Below, one piece after another: positions 44,817 through 56,636 of a stretch of 64,000 bases of DNA. How positions within the stretch are numbered: position 1 is the stretch's first letter; every line of letters begins with the position of its first letter. The stretch is from the human T2T-CHM13v2.0 reference genome, Homo sapiens. The translations under genes were made by a program, and so were the position numbers. The stretch is taken from positions 5,664,001-5,728,000 of the forward strand of contig CP068257.2 in assembly GCA_009914755.4 (NCBI GenBank). Direction: 5' to 3'. Below the pieces are notes generated by a model that saw only the letters and a list, made by a program, of their open reading frames with translations, searched no databases and was not told the origin of the DNA.

Positions 44817-44858
<42 letters not shown>
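44817..44858. repeat. (GT)n microsatellite.
   Basis: Direct read. Confidence 0.9.
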
Positions 44859-44860
<2 letters not shown>

Positions 44861-44989
44861 TGAATTAAAAGAGGAGTTACATGCTGGGGCATTTCTGGTA
44901 TCTCAACTGGCATCTCAGTTGCTGGTGATGATGGCTATACATTTTCCTCAGTATTCAATGTGCGTATTTTGAGTTAACAGTCCACCCAT

Positions 44990-45220
44990 TGGCTGAGGCA
45001 GGTGGATCATCTGAGGTGAAGAGTTCGAGACCAGCCTGGCCAATATGTGAAACTCTGTCTCTACTAAAAATACAAAAATTAGCCAGGCATGGTTGCAGCA
45101 CCTGTAATCCCAGCTTCTTGGATTGCTTGAATCCAGGAGACAGAATTTGCAGTGAGCTGAGATGAACCACTGCACTCCAGCTTGGGCAGCAGAGTGAGAC
45201 TTGGTCTCAAAAAAAAAAAG
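44990..45220 (+). mobile_element. Alu, 5'-truncated, plus orientation.
   Basis: ...GGCTGAGGCAGGTGGATCATCTGAGGTGAAGAGTTCGAGACCAGCCTGGCCAATATG...A-tail. Confidence 0.85.
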
Positions 45221-45282
45221 TTATTGTGACATGCTGTACACATTCACAAATTCAGTGTCTCCCAGAAGTCTGAGATTCTTTT

Positions 45283-45780
<498 letters not shown>

Positions 45781-46599
45781 TGAAAGACAATTTTACTACC
45801 CAAATCACCCTTCTATAAAAAATAATAGAAGATGTCAAATATGAAAATAAAACTGTCCTCTGGGCCCTCAATTTTCTGTGTTATTGGGAAGGCAGACAGC
45901 TACTCAGCAGTTATATCCCATAAGAATGGATAACACTAAAACAGCTGACATCATCAAGTATTGGTTAGAAAGTGGAACTGATTCTCTCAAACATTTTCAT
46001 TGTAGTTTAAGATGGCACAACCACTTAGGAAAATGTCTCCCTATTTCATACAATGCCAAATATATACTTATTTTATAACCCAGAAAATCCACTCTTATGT
46101 ACTTAAACTCAAGAAAAGTGAAAATATTATTACAGAAAAATGTGTATATCTGATTTGTTCGTAGCAGGTTTATTCATGATAACCTCAAATCAGAAACTGC
46201 TTTTGTGTCTATCAATAGTGGAGTGGATTATAAACAAAACAAGCAAAGGCCTCAAACCTGTGGTATAGTCATAAAATTGAGTATTACAAAATAAAATTAG
46301 TGAATAATCAATAGGAGCAAAATGATGTCACAAGCATGTTTAGTGAATGAACATAAAAATTATATAATTTATAATTTCACTTATGTAAATGGTGAAAACA
46401 GACAAAACTATCCTTTTGTGGAAAGAATCAAAACCATGGAAGTCTCTGTGTTCAAATACTGAATGGAAATGGGCATGAGAAAACGTGTTTCTGCCAGATC
46501 TTCTATATGCCTGATGTACATTCACTAGATGTATTTTGCATATACTATTTTTGCAAATAAAACTGAGATAGACACAAAATAACTCAAGAGAAAATAGCT

Positions 46600-48437
46600 A
46601 GAAATAAGTAGAGTTGGGATAGAAGCCTTGGAAGCTCCCCCCTACCTTGCTCACCTGGCACAGGCCGAGGAAGCCCTTGGACAATGCTGTGAGCGATCTG
46701 AGGGCCTTCCAGGGGAGCCCCCCCAGCCCATGCTGGTGCCCGAGCTGCCCGCCGCCATCTGAATATGTTGCAAAGACAGTGCTGGCCTGGCAACCGGTGA
46801 CACTCCATGCCCCACCCCGACCCCCACTTCTACCCAAGTAGCGGCAACCCCAGAGACAGATGCCTGGGCGGCAGCGGCTAAGTCTGGTAGTTGGCCAGGC
46901 GGCCAAAGGACGGGAACTGGCTGTTCACCCCATCCCAGTTTCCACGGAGAACTCAACCATCATGGCCCCTGAGCGGACCCTCAGGCCTGGGCTGTGCTCT
47001 GTGCCTGCAAACCTGACGCCATCCAGGGGAGCTCCGCCTTCCCACGCCAGCGCCTCAGCTGCTGCAGAAAACTGCAAAACTGCAAGTTGCACACAGGCAG
47101 AGATGACGGAGCAACCCCTGACCCTCCGTGCCACTCACCCTACCCGCACACACACCTGCCACGCGGACCCTGAGGCCAGTGCCTGGGCGCCCAAGTCAGG
47201 CAGTCCGCACAGCAGTGGCACCAGGGTGAAAACCTGCTGCTCAATACCATCCCGGTTACCACGAAGAGCCAGCCCTGGTGGCCCCTGAGTTCTTGGAGGA
47301 GGCCAAGTCACAGCAACCCCTCAAGTGGGCGGGCGATGCACTTGACCCTGAGGACATCAGGTACCAGGCCCGCCAGCTGACGCCACATCGGAGCCGCAGC
47401 TGCAGTCTAGACGTGGTGCACCGGCAGTAAGTGACTGGACACCCCAAACCAGGCCCGCCCCCCAGTAGCGTGGATCCTGAGACCAGACCCCCAGGCGGCA
47501 AAATCAGGCGATGGGCCCCGCCAGCAGCTGCTCAGTTTCATCCATGTGGATACAGAGTGCCCAGCGCCCGGGCCCAGGATCCAGAGAGATGCCCAAGAAG
47601 AGCGGAAGTTGAGGCCAGGTGGGCTGTGCGCTCTGCAACCCTGAGGCCATCCAAGGGAAGCTCCGCCGTCCCACGCCAGTGCCAGATCTGCAGCTGCAAA
47701 CTGTGCGTGGGGCACTGGCAGCAGTTAGGGCTGGTGGGGGAAAGAGCAGCCCCTGACTCTGCCTCCATGCCTCTACAGCTACCTGACACTAGCCACACAG
47801 ACTCCAGGGCCAGAGCCTCAGCGTGAAGCCAGGCCATCTGCGAAGCCACCCAGGTGGCAGCGGAGTGCCCTTGCCAGCACCCTATCTCCCTTCCGAGGAG
47901 GAGCGGGGTGGGCTGCAAGGCCAGACAGGCCCTCCTTCTCAGGCCGGGCTGGCGGCGCTCCTGCGATCCTGGGGCCGCCCGGGCGATCCCAAGAGGACCT
48001 GCGAGCTCATCGGCACCCGCCCAGAGCTGCAGCCCCACCTGCCGGCACGCGCCACCAGGGAAGGGCTTCCGGGAGCCAGGCAGCAACCGCGGTGCAGGCG
48101 CGCGCCCAACGGCTTTGCGAGGCTCACTCGGTCTGAGAGGTGGGAGGCTACGAGTGTCGCTGCTGAAGGCTGTGGTGGACCGGGCTGGATCGCGGACTGT
48201 GGAGTAGATCACAGATTTGGGATCGCGGATTGGGGGTTGATCGCGGATTGGGGGTTGGATCAGGGATTTGGGGTTGGATAGGGGATTTGGGGCTGGGTCG
48301 GCCGGGGTCGGCGGAGGAGGTGGGTGAAAAGGTGACAGGGAGGTCGGCCGGGGTCGGGGGAGGGGGGTGGTGAAAAGGTGACAGGGAGCTGCCCCCGCTC
48401 AAGAGCCGGAGGTTGGGGTTTCTGAGAAGTCACCACT
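46600..48437. promoter_or_regulatory. CpG-island-like GC-rich region directly upstream of the ANKRD20A-like ATG. It is the putative promoter and 5'UTR.
   Basis: High CpG density, read by eye. It abuts the start codon of exon 1. The ORFs within it (for example the 224-aa ORF at 47538-48212, minus strand) are GC artefacts. Confidence 0.6.
48180..48400. repeat. Promoter-proximal minisatellite: about 5 copies of a 20-bp unit (GATCGCGGATTGGGGGTT / GGATCAGGGATTTGGGGTT), then 2 copies of a 46-bp unit (GTCGGCCGGGGTCGGSGGAGGRGGTGGTGAAAAGGTGACAGGGAG).
   Basis: Direct read at 48196-48400. Confidence 0.85.
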
Positions 48438-48640
48438 ATGAAGTTATTCGGCTTCGGGAGCCGCAGGAGCCAAACGGCCAACGGCTCCATAGAACATGTC
48501 TACACGGGTTCCGGATACCGAATCTGGGACTCCGAACTGCAGAAGATCCACAGGGCAGCTGTCAAGGGCGACGCCGCGGGGGTGGAGCGCTGCCTGGCGC
48601 GCAGGAGCGGAGACCTGGATGCCCTGGACAAGCAGCACAG
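48438..48640 (+). CDS. ANKRD20A: First coding exon of an ANKRD20A-family (ankyrin repeat domain 20A) gene. The paralog is not assignable. It has an ATG, 67 2/3 codons, and a canonical donor CAG CAC AG|GTAGCG.
   Basis: Translation is [68 protein letters not shown]. The recalled ANKRD20A1 N-terminus is [74 protein letters not shown]... Confidence 0.8.
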
Positions 48641-48973
48641 GTAGCGGGGACTCAGCCCGGGGTGGGAGGGGGTCCCCAGGCCCGGCTTCCCCACTGCCCC
48701 TGGGACGGGGCCTTTCAGGGCTCTGGGCACCCTCAGAGCAGCGGAGCCAAACGGACTCTCAGCTGTTTTCCATCCCTCATAATTCCATGGCTGGAGCAGT
48801 TGGAGAATTTGAGTGATTTAACTCACAAAGTTAAGCATACACAGTGTTGTTATTTTTAACGTACACGTTGAAAACATGGTTTATATACATTATAGGAGGT
48901 GCCTAATGAGAGAACTCGTTCCCCTATCAAAAATACCGTGAGTTATTTCAGTAGGCAAAAAGTTCTCAGATAA

Positions 48974-49553
<580 letters not shown>

Positions 49554-51029
49554 TGACAGGGAATTCTTTCAAATCAAATCATCAAACACTCTAAAATTGG
49601 GCAAAGTACACTTTTCCAGATCTGCAAGTTACTTGTGTACATAGGAAAAAGTCCTTCGCATTTCTGGTATAAGAATTTAAATTAAAAGAGGAATGAAACA
49701 GTTTTCTATCCACAATATTTGTGAGGATGTTTTATACTCCTGCTTAAAGTTTAAGTTGCTGATTACTTTTCAAATAGATAATTTGGTGGTAAGTACTACA
49801 ATTAAAAAATATGTATGCCCTTTACACATCAATTCCATTTACTAAAACACCCTTAGGAAATAAAGATACATGCACTTTATTTTTCACCTCACTTATTTTA
49901 AAAAGAACCCAAAGAATGGATCCTATAAATAAACTTCAGTTGCATCCACAGGATGGAATAATATGTGACCATTGAAGGTGGCAATAGATACAGAAGTATA
50001 TTGATGTGCAAAGATGTATTTTGTTATAGCTAGTGAGAAAAAAATCAATTAAGTTATACATACAAACAAACTATGGTCTTGTTTTATCAAAAAATATGTA
50101 CAAAATATAAAATTTGTAATTTCTGAGCATTTGTATTTTAAGTAAAGTTCTTTTCCTTTTTCTTATCTGTGATTGCTGCAGTGAGCATGTACAAAACTTC
50201 TAGTAAAGTTTATTAATAAAGAAATAATCCTTGGGAAGACAGGAATATGAATCTTACAATATTAAAAATAATTTCTCACTTTCTATTTTTTATCATTATT
50301 GAGTGTATTGTTATCTTCTTTGAACTTTTAGCCTCTTCAGAAGTAAAAAGGGAATATTTTTATCTGTTTCCAGATTTTATTATCTATATATTTTATTATG
50401 TACATATGTTTTTCTTATGTATTCATTCAATTTATGCAAACAATGATAGATTAATCATTTCATTTTAATTGTATTCTTAAATAAAAATAACATATAAATA
50501 TTACTATTGCAAAAATATTGCTTTATAGGAGTTTATTTAAAAATATTGAACTCCCCAACTGTATTTTTCCATTCTTTCATTCCATTTATTCATCAAACAT
50601 AACCTGAGTATCTGTTATGTAGCAGACATATTCTGCTGTCTCTCAGGTCCCTTCTATCCTTAAAAACTTCATGTTTACCTGCCCTGCCTGCACAAGCTGA
50701 GAGATTTAAAATAGGAATATTGGGACTTAATCTCCTTGAAACTTTGTCACCCAACTTTCAAACAAAAGCATTTCTGAAGTTAGAAAATAGTAGAAGATAA
50801 GCTTTAACTGCCCACTCAAAAGTTTATCAGTCTTAAATATTAATATTAATCATGGGAATGTCTTATTTACATATATTCTGTAAGCATAAATATTGAATAA
50901 AATGAACCATATGTATTCATTTGAATCATGAGTTTCCTTTGTCTTCAATTTGTTTGAAAATCAAGGAATTAATTTGTTTGAAAAATGCATTATTATTATT
51001 TCAGTGTTCTATCCCCATAGTACCTTTAA

Positions 51030-53300
51030 GCAGGCGGACAAGCCAGCAACCTCACCCGCTCAAGGAAGCCCAGATGGCCAGGTTCCAACAGCATGAGTAG
51101 CTGCCACCTGATGGCTGATGGAGCAGAGTCCTGAGGAAAAGCAGATGGCACTGGGGCCCTAACTCTAGGGCAGAAGAACTGATGTACTGTGACTGGCAGC
51201 ATGTGAGGTTGGTGATTGGCCCACCTGTTCCTGGCACACCCTTGAAGAGGTGGCTGGTTGCTCTTTGAGCCAGCTTGGCCTTGCCTGGCATGCACAAGCC
51301 TCGGTGCAACAACCGTGCTACAAATGGAGCCATATATAGGAAAGGAGCAGGAGGCTCAGGAGCAGGGTGTGCACTGCCTTTGGGGCTCCAGTGCATGCCT
51401 CAGGGCTCCTATGGCACTGCAGGCTTCTTTGTTGCCAAGAGGCAGACCACAGGCCGTCTTGAGGAAGACTTTATGTACAAGTGCAGAAAGCAGCCAGGAT
51501 TACCACCCAGGGGACTTGGTCTTCTGTGGCCCTGGCCTGACAGAATTTGGCCCAAGGCAGGACAAGGTCACTCAGAGCAGTGTGTCAGTAGGTGGGGCCT
51601 GGGCATGCGAGGCAAGGCCAAGCTGGCTCAAAGAGCAAGAAGCCACCTCTGCAAGGGTGTGCCTGGAGCAGGTGGACCAGCCACCAACCTCACCCACTGA
51701 AAGAAGCCAGGATGGCCAGGTTTCCACAGCCTGAGTGGCTGCCTCCTGATGGCTGATGGAGCAGAGGCCTGAGGAAAAGCAGGTGGCACATTTAACTCTT
51801 TAATCCATCTTAAGTTAATTTTTGTATAAAGCAGATGGCACCAGTCCATGCCTCAGGGCTCATATGGCACTGTGGGCCACAGAAGGGTGAGTCCCCAGGG
51901 TGGTAATCCTGCCTGCTTTCTGCACTTGAACATAAAGTCCTCTTCAAGACGGCCTGTGGTCTGCCTCTTGGCCCCACCTTTAGGGTAGAAGAACTGATGT
52001 ACCACGTCTGGCAGTGAGTGAGGTTGGCGGCTGGTCAATCTGCTCCTGGCACACCCTTGCAGAGGAGGCTGCTTGCTCTTTGAGCCAGCTTGGCCTTGCC
52101 TGGCATGCACAAGCCTCACTGCAACAAGTGTGCTACAAATGGAGCCATATAGAGGAAATGATCAGCAGTCTCAGGAAAGGGGCGTGCACTGCCTTTGTGG
52201 CTCCAGTCCATGCCTCAGGGCTCGTATGGCACTGTAGGTTTCTTGGTCGCCAACAGGCAGACCACAGGCTTTCTTGAGGAGGACTTTATGTTCAAGTGCA
52301 GAAAGCAGCCAAGATTAGCACCCAGGGGACTGGGCCTTCTGTGGCCCTGGCCAGACTTAGAATTTGACCCAAGGCAGGACAAGCTGACTCGGAGCAGAGT
52401 GTCAGTACCTGGGGCCTATGCATGCCAGGCAAGGCCAAGCTGGCTCAGAGCAACTAGCCACATCTGCAAGGCTGCACCTGTAGCAGGCAGACAAGCCAGC
52501 AACCTCAGCTACTCAAGGAAGGAGGGATGGCCAGGTTCCCACAGCCTGAGTGGTTGCCGCCTGATGACTGATAGAGCAGAGGCCTGAGGAAAAGCATATG
52601 GCACTGGGGCCCTACCTCTAGGGTAGAAGAACTGATGTAAGCTGACCGGCAGCAAGTGAGGTTGGTAGCCGGTCCACCGGTTCCTGGCACAACCTTGCAG
52701 AGGTGGCTGGTTGCTTTTTGAGCCAGCTTGGCCTTGCCCGGCATGCACAAGTCTGTGCAACAACTGTGACACAAATGGAGCCACACAGAGAAAATGAGCA
52801 GCAGGCTCAGGAGCAGGGTGTGTGCTTCCTCAGGAGCCCCAGTCCATGCCTAAGGGTTCATATGGCACTGTGGGCTTCTTGGTTGCAAAGAGGTAGACCA
52901 CAGGCCATCTTCAGGAGGTCTTTATGTGGAAGTGCAGAAAGCAGCCAGTATTACCACCCGTGGGACTCGGCCTTTTGTGGCCCTGGCCTGACAGAATTTG
53001 GCCCAAGGCAGGACAAGCTCACTCGGAGCAACATGTCAGAACCTGGGGCCTGTGCATGCCAGGCAAGGCCAAGCTGGCTTAAAGAGCACCCAGAGCATCC
53101 ATTCTGGTGGATAAGCCAACCACATGGCCAGCTTCTGGGTGTGGACACAGTGCCACATCTTCCATCGCTTTCTGACGTATCCCACCAACACTGAAGAGAC
53201 AGCCTGGAGAGAGTGCAAGAGGAAGGCTGAGAAGGATCAGATAGTGAGTGCTGGCTTCTTTCTGACCCTCAGCACAACCCCAGGTGGTGACCATCAACCT
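51030..53300. repeat. Tandem block of about 3.5 copies with alternating ~630 and ~820 bp periods. Each copy contains a ~100-bp inverted-repeat pair separated by about 330 bp. Family not assigned.
   Basis: CTGATGGCTGATGGAGCAGAG recurs at 51107, 51737 and 52556. GGCCTTGCCYGGCATGCACAAG recurs at 51273, 52089 and 52728. Its reverse complement (GGCAAGGCCAAGCTGGCTCA...) recurs at 51601, 52425 and 53050. Confidence 0.8.
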
Positions 53301-54261
53301 TTAGGGGTGGGAGAGCAAGACTGATGGCTTCAAACGCTTCCCCAAGAAGATGGACACAGGCCACTCAGCTCATCCTCACAGCCAATGAGTTGACAAGCAA
53401 GCAGATGACAGTGACAGGCTTTTAGAAAGAGCATCAGAAGGTGGCCAGTTTTTCTTCAGCCTCAGCCAGGCCTTGGAACTTGACTAGGCCATCCACTTCA
53501 CCAGAGATGCCTTCAAGAACATCAGTAAGCTCTTTGCCAATGAGTCCAGGAAGGACCTTGGACCCAGCCATGGACCTGTTAGTGCTGTCTCAGGGACACC
53601 AGACCAACATCCTGGACATCATCCTCATACACAAGGAAGCTCTTACCAAAGTCACGGAGAACAGGCAACATGTGGCAGAAGTGAAGACAGAGGAGCAGAG
53701 GCTGATGGTGTCATTATCACAGGAACAGGATTTCTTTGGCCACTTTGGCTGAAATTCACCACTTCCATCCAATTCACTCAAGCGAGAGACTTGAAATCAC
53801 AGATGGACCATTTCTTGCAACAAGAGATACTATTTTTTCAAAAAGTCACCTAAAATTTGATAGTGTTGAATGACTAGCTATTCTATTGTGGACTTTTTCC
53901 AGTTCACGGGTACTTTCTACAGCAGAATGATAACAGTATCAAAGAGCTAGTGCCAGCTATCGGTGGTAGTACAAGGATGACTTTGTGCTCAACTGAAACC
54001 CAGCTGAATATAGACTTGTGTAGGAAAGTGTTAATATGGTGATAGAATAGAAACAGTAGCAAATGAACTAAATCATACTATGAATGCCTACACTACCATT
54101 ATAACTTTTTGAAGAATGATAATACTACTTACTTTATTGCCTTTTGAAGTAGGAATATTTTAGTGGATATGCTATAGACCTGAAACCCTATAAAGAATCC
54201 CAAAGAAGCTGGCTGGATAAAGCCTGCTATGGATGTCTTTATACTCAAAGACTGATGAGGC

Positions 54262-54626
54262 AATTCGAATATGTGTCCCCACCAAATCTCATGTTGAGTT
54301 ATGCTTCCTAATGTTGGAGGTGGATCCTGGTATAAGATGACTGAATCATGAAGGCAAATTTCTCATGAGTGGTTCAGCACCATCCCCTTGGTACTGTCCT
54401 CACAATCATGAGTGAATTCTCGTGAGATCTGGCCACTGAAAACTCTATATCACTCCCTACTCTCCGTGATTTCCTCTTGCCATATGAGACAATTCACTCT
54501 TTCATTTACCTTGCACAATGATTGAAAGATTTCTGAGGCCCCCCAGAAGCAGAAGCACTAAGCTTCTTGTCCACTCTGCAGAACCATGAGCCAATTAAAC
54601 CTCTTTTTCAAAATAAATCTTACCAA
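54262..54626 (+). mobile_element. MaLR (THE1/MST-like) LTR, complete. It is the 5' LTR of an ERVL-MaLR element.
   Basis: TGTGTCCCCACCAAATCTCATGTTGAG...GAACCATGAGCCAATTAAACCTCTTTTTCAAAATAAATCTTACCAA matches the MaLR LTR termini. Confidence 0.75.
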
Positions 54627-55123
54627 AAATGGCAAATGAGGACTGCAGCATTGCTATAAAGATACCTGAAAATGTGGAAGCAACTTCGGAACTGGGTAAT
54701 GGGTAGAGGTTGGAAGAGTTTGGAGGGCTCCAAAGAAGACAGACAGATGAGAACATTTTTGGACCATCTTAGAGACTGGTTAAATGGCTGTGACAAGGAT
54801 GCTGACAAAAACATGGACAGTGAAGGCCAGGCTGAGGGGGCCTCAGATAAAAATAAGAAGCTTTCTGGAAAATGTCTCTCTTTTGGATATGGAAAACTTA
54901 CACAATGCCTGTACCATCATTGTACCTTAGACGCAGTGAACTTGCTTTTTATTTCAGAGACTCGTAGGCAAAAGAGAATGTAGCCTTGACCCAGATGAGA
55001 CTTTGGACTTTGTAACTTTGAGTTAATGCTGAAATGAGTTAAGACTTTGGGAGACTGCTGGCAAGGCATGACTGTATTTTGCAATGTGAGAAGGACATGA
55101 GATTTGTGGGGTCAGGGACAGAA
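54627..55123 (+). mobile_element. MaLR internal region, heavily deleted to about 500 bp.
   Basis: It starts AAATGGCAAATGAGGACTGCAG... and ends ...GAGATTTGTGGGGTCAGGGACAGAATAATACGGTTT. This is the typical MaLR internal 3' end just before the 3' LTR. Confidence 0.6.
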
Positions 55124-55404
55124 TAATACGGTTTTTCTCTATGCCCCTTCCAAAACTCCTGTGAAAGTACACTCCCTAATGTTAGAGTCGGGGCCTAGGT
55201 GGAAAAAGCTTTAATCATAAAGGGGTGGGAGTGGATCCTTCACAAATGGCAAAGCACCAAGCCCTTAATGCCATCCTCCTGATAGTGAGTGAGTTCTCAT
55301 GACATCTAGTAGTTTAAAAGGCTGTGGAACCTCTTTCCTCTCTCTGTCTTGTTCCAACTTTTGCCATATGAAACATGTCATTGCCACTTGGATTTCTGGC
55401 GTGG
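55124..55404 (+). mobile_element. MaLR 3' LTR, 5' portion.
   Basis: ...CTCCTGTGAAAGTACACTCCCTAATGTTAGAGTCGGGGCCTAGGTGG...GTGAGTGAGTTCTCATGACATCTAG...TTTTGCCATATGAAACATG. Confidence 0.7.
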
Positions 55405-56300
55405 TTAGGAGGGGCCTGATCAGTGTGGGCCTGGTCAGTAGACCTAGGTCAGTGAGGACTATTTAGTGGGATCATGGTCAGCAGGGGTCTGCTTAGAGAC
55501 GGTCTCATTAGTGGGGTCTAGTAGTGGGGGTTTTGGTGAGTGGGGACCTATTGGCTGCCAGTCGTTTGGTGTCTGGTCAGTGCAAACCTGGGCTGTGGGG
55601 CTTGATCAGTGGAGACCTGGTCAGCTGGGGCTTAGTGCTGGTCTGGTCAGCATGGGCTGGGGCACTGGTGACCAGGTCAAGGGGTGCTACTCAGTGCAGG
55701 ACTGGGCACATGAGACTTAGTCAGCAGACCCTGGTGGGCGTGTCCTCATCAGTGAGGCCCTTGTCAGTGGGGTCCTGGTCAGGGCCGCCTTGCCAGTGGG
55801 ACCTAATCTGTAGTGTCCTAATCAGAGAGGACTTGGTCAGTGGTGACTTTTGTAGCACTGGTCTACAGGGTGACCTGGTCAGCGGGGATCTCAGCATTTG
55901 GTGCCAGTTCAGTGGGGTCTACTCACTAGGGTCCCAGTCAGGGGCATCTGGTGACCTTAGGCCTGGTTATTAGGGGCCTGATCAGTGGCAACCTGTTCCC
56001 TGGAGGCCTGGTCAGTGGGGCCTCATCTTTGGGGCCAGGGAATGAGGTCATGATCAGTGGAACCTGATCAGTGAGGCCTTGTCAATAATGACCTAGTCAG
56101 TGAGGACTTGTCAGTAAGGACTTGGTCCGTGAGGCCTTGTCAGTAAGGTCCTGGTCGGTGGAGTCCTTGTCATTGTGTGCCCGGCAGTGGGGGCCTTGTT
56201 AGTGGGGCCTGGTCATGAGGGTCTAATCAGTGAGGGTGTCGTCAGGGAGGACCTGATGTGTGGGGTCTGGTCAGCAGGGACCTGGTCAATGTGGGCTGCT
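55405..56300. repeat. Minisatellite with a 16-bp unit (GGTCAGTGAGGMCTTG variants), about 55 copies.
   Basis: Direct read. For example ...GTCAGTGAGGACTTGTCAGTAAGGACTTGGTCCGTGAGGCCTTGTCAGTAAGGTCCTGGTCGGTGGAG. Confidence 0.85.
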
Positions 56301-56636
56301 GAGCACTGCTTGGATAAGCCAGGTGCAATGTGCATTATTGAAGGCCCTGTGGACAGCTGGGATAGCCCAGTGATGCCCAAGGGCCTAGTCAAAAGTGGAC
56401 AAAGCACGTGTTTGGATGGACCTGGGAGATCCTGCTCAGAGATTCTGACAGGACAAAGGTAAAGGAAGGGCTAGAGTGGCTGCAGAGATGGTCACAGTCT
56501 ATGGGCTGCACAGGATGAAGGAGGCCAGGGAACAGGCAGGGTGGGCAGTTGGGGTTCAGGGAGAGGCAGGTGCATGCTGGGAGGTCAGACCCTGTGAGGG
56601 CTTTGGGGGCGTCAGGTTGGGTAGGCTCCAGGCACT

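Noticed and set aside
47538-48212. 224-aa minus-strand ORF and other ORFs inside the CpG island upstream of the ANKRD20A-like ATG.
   Set aside because: This is a compositional ORF in promoter CpG island DNA with Pro/Arg/Gly/Ala-rich translation and no homology. The real gene start is the plus-strand ATG at 48438.
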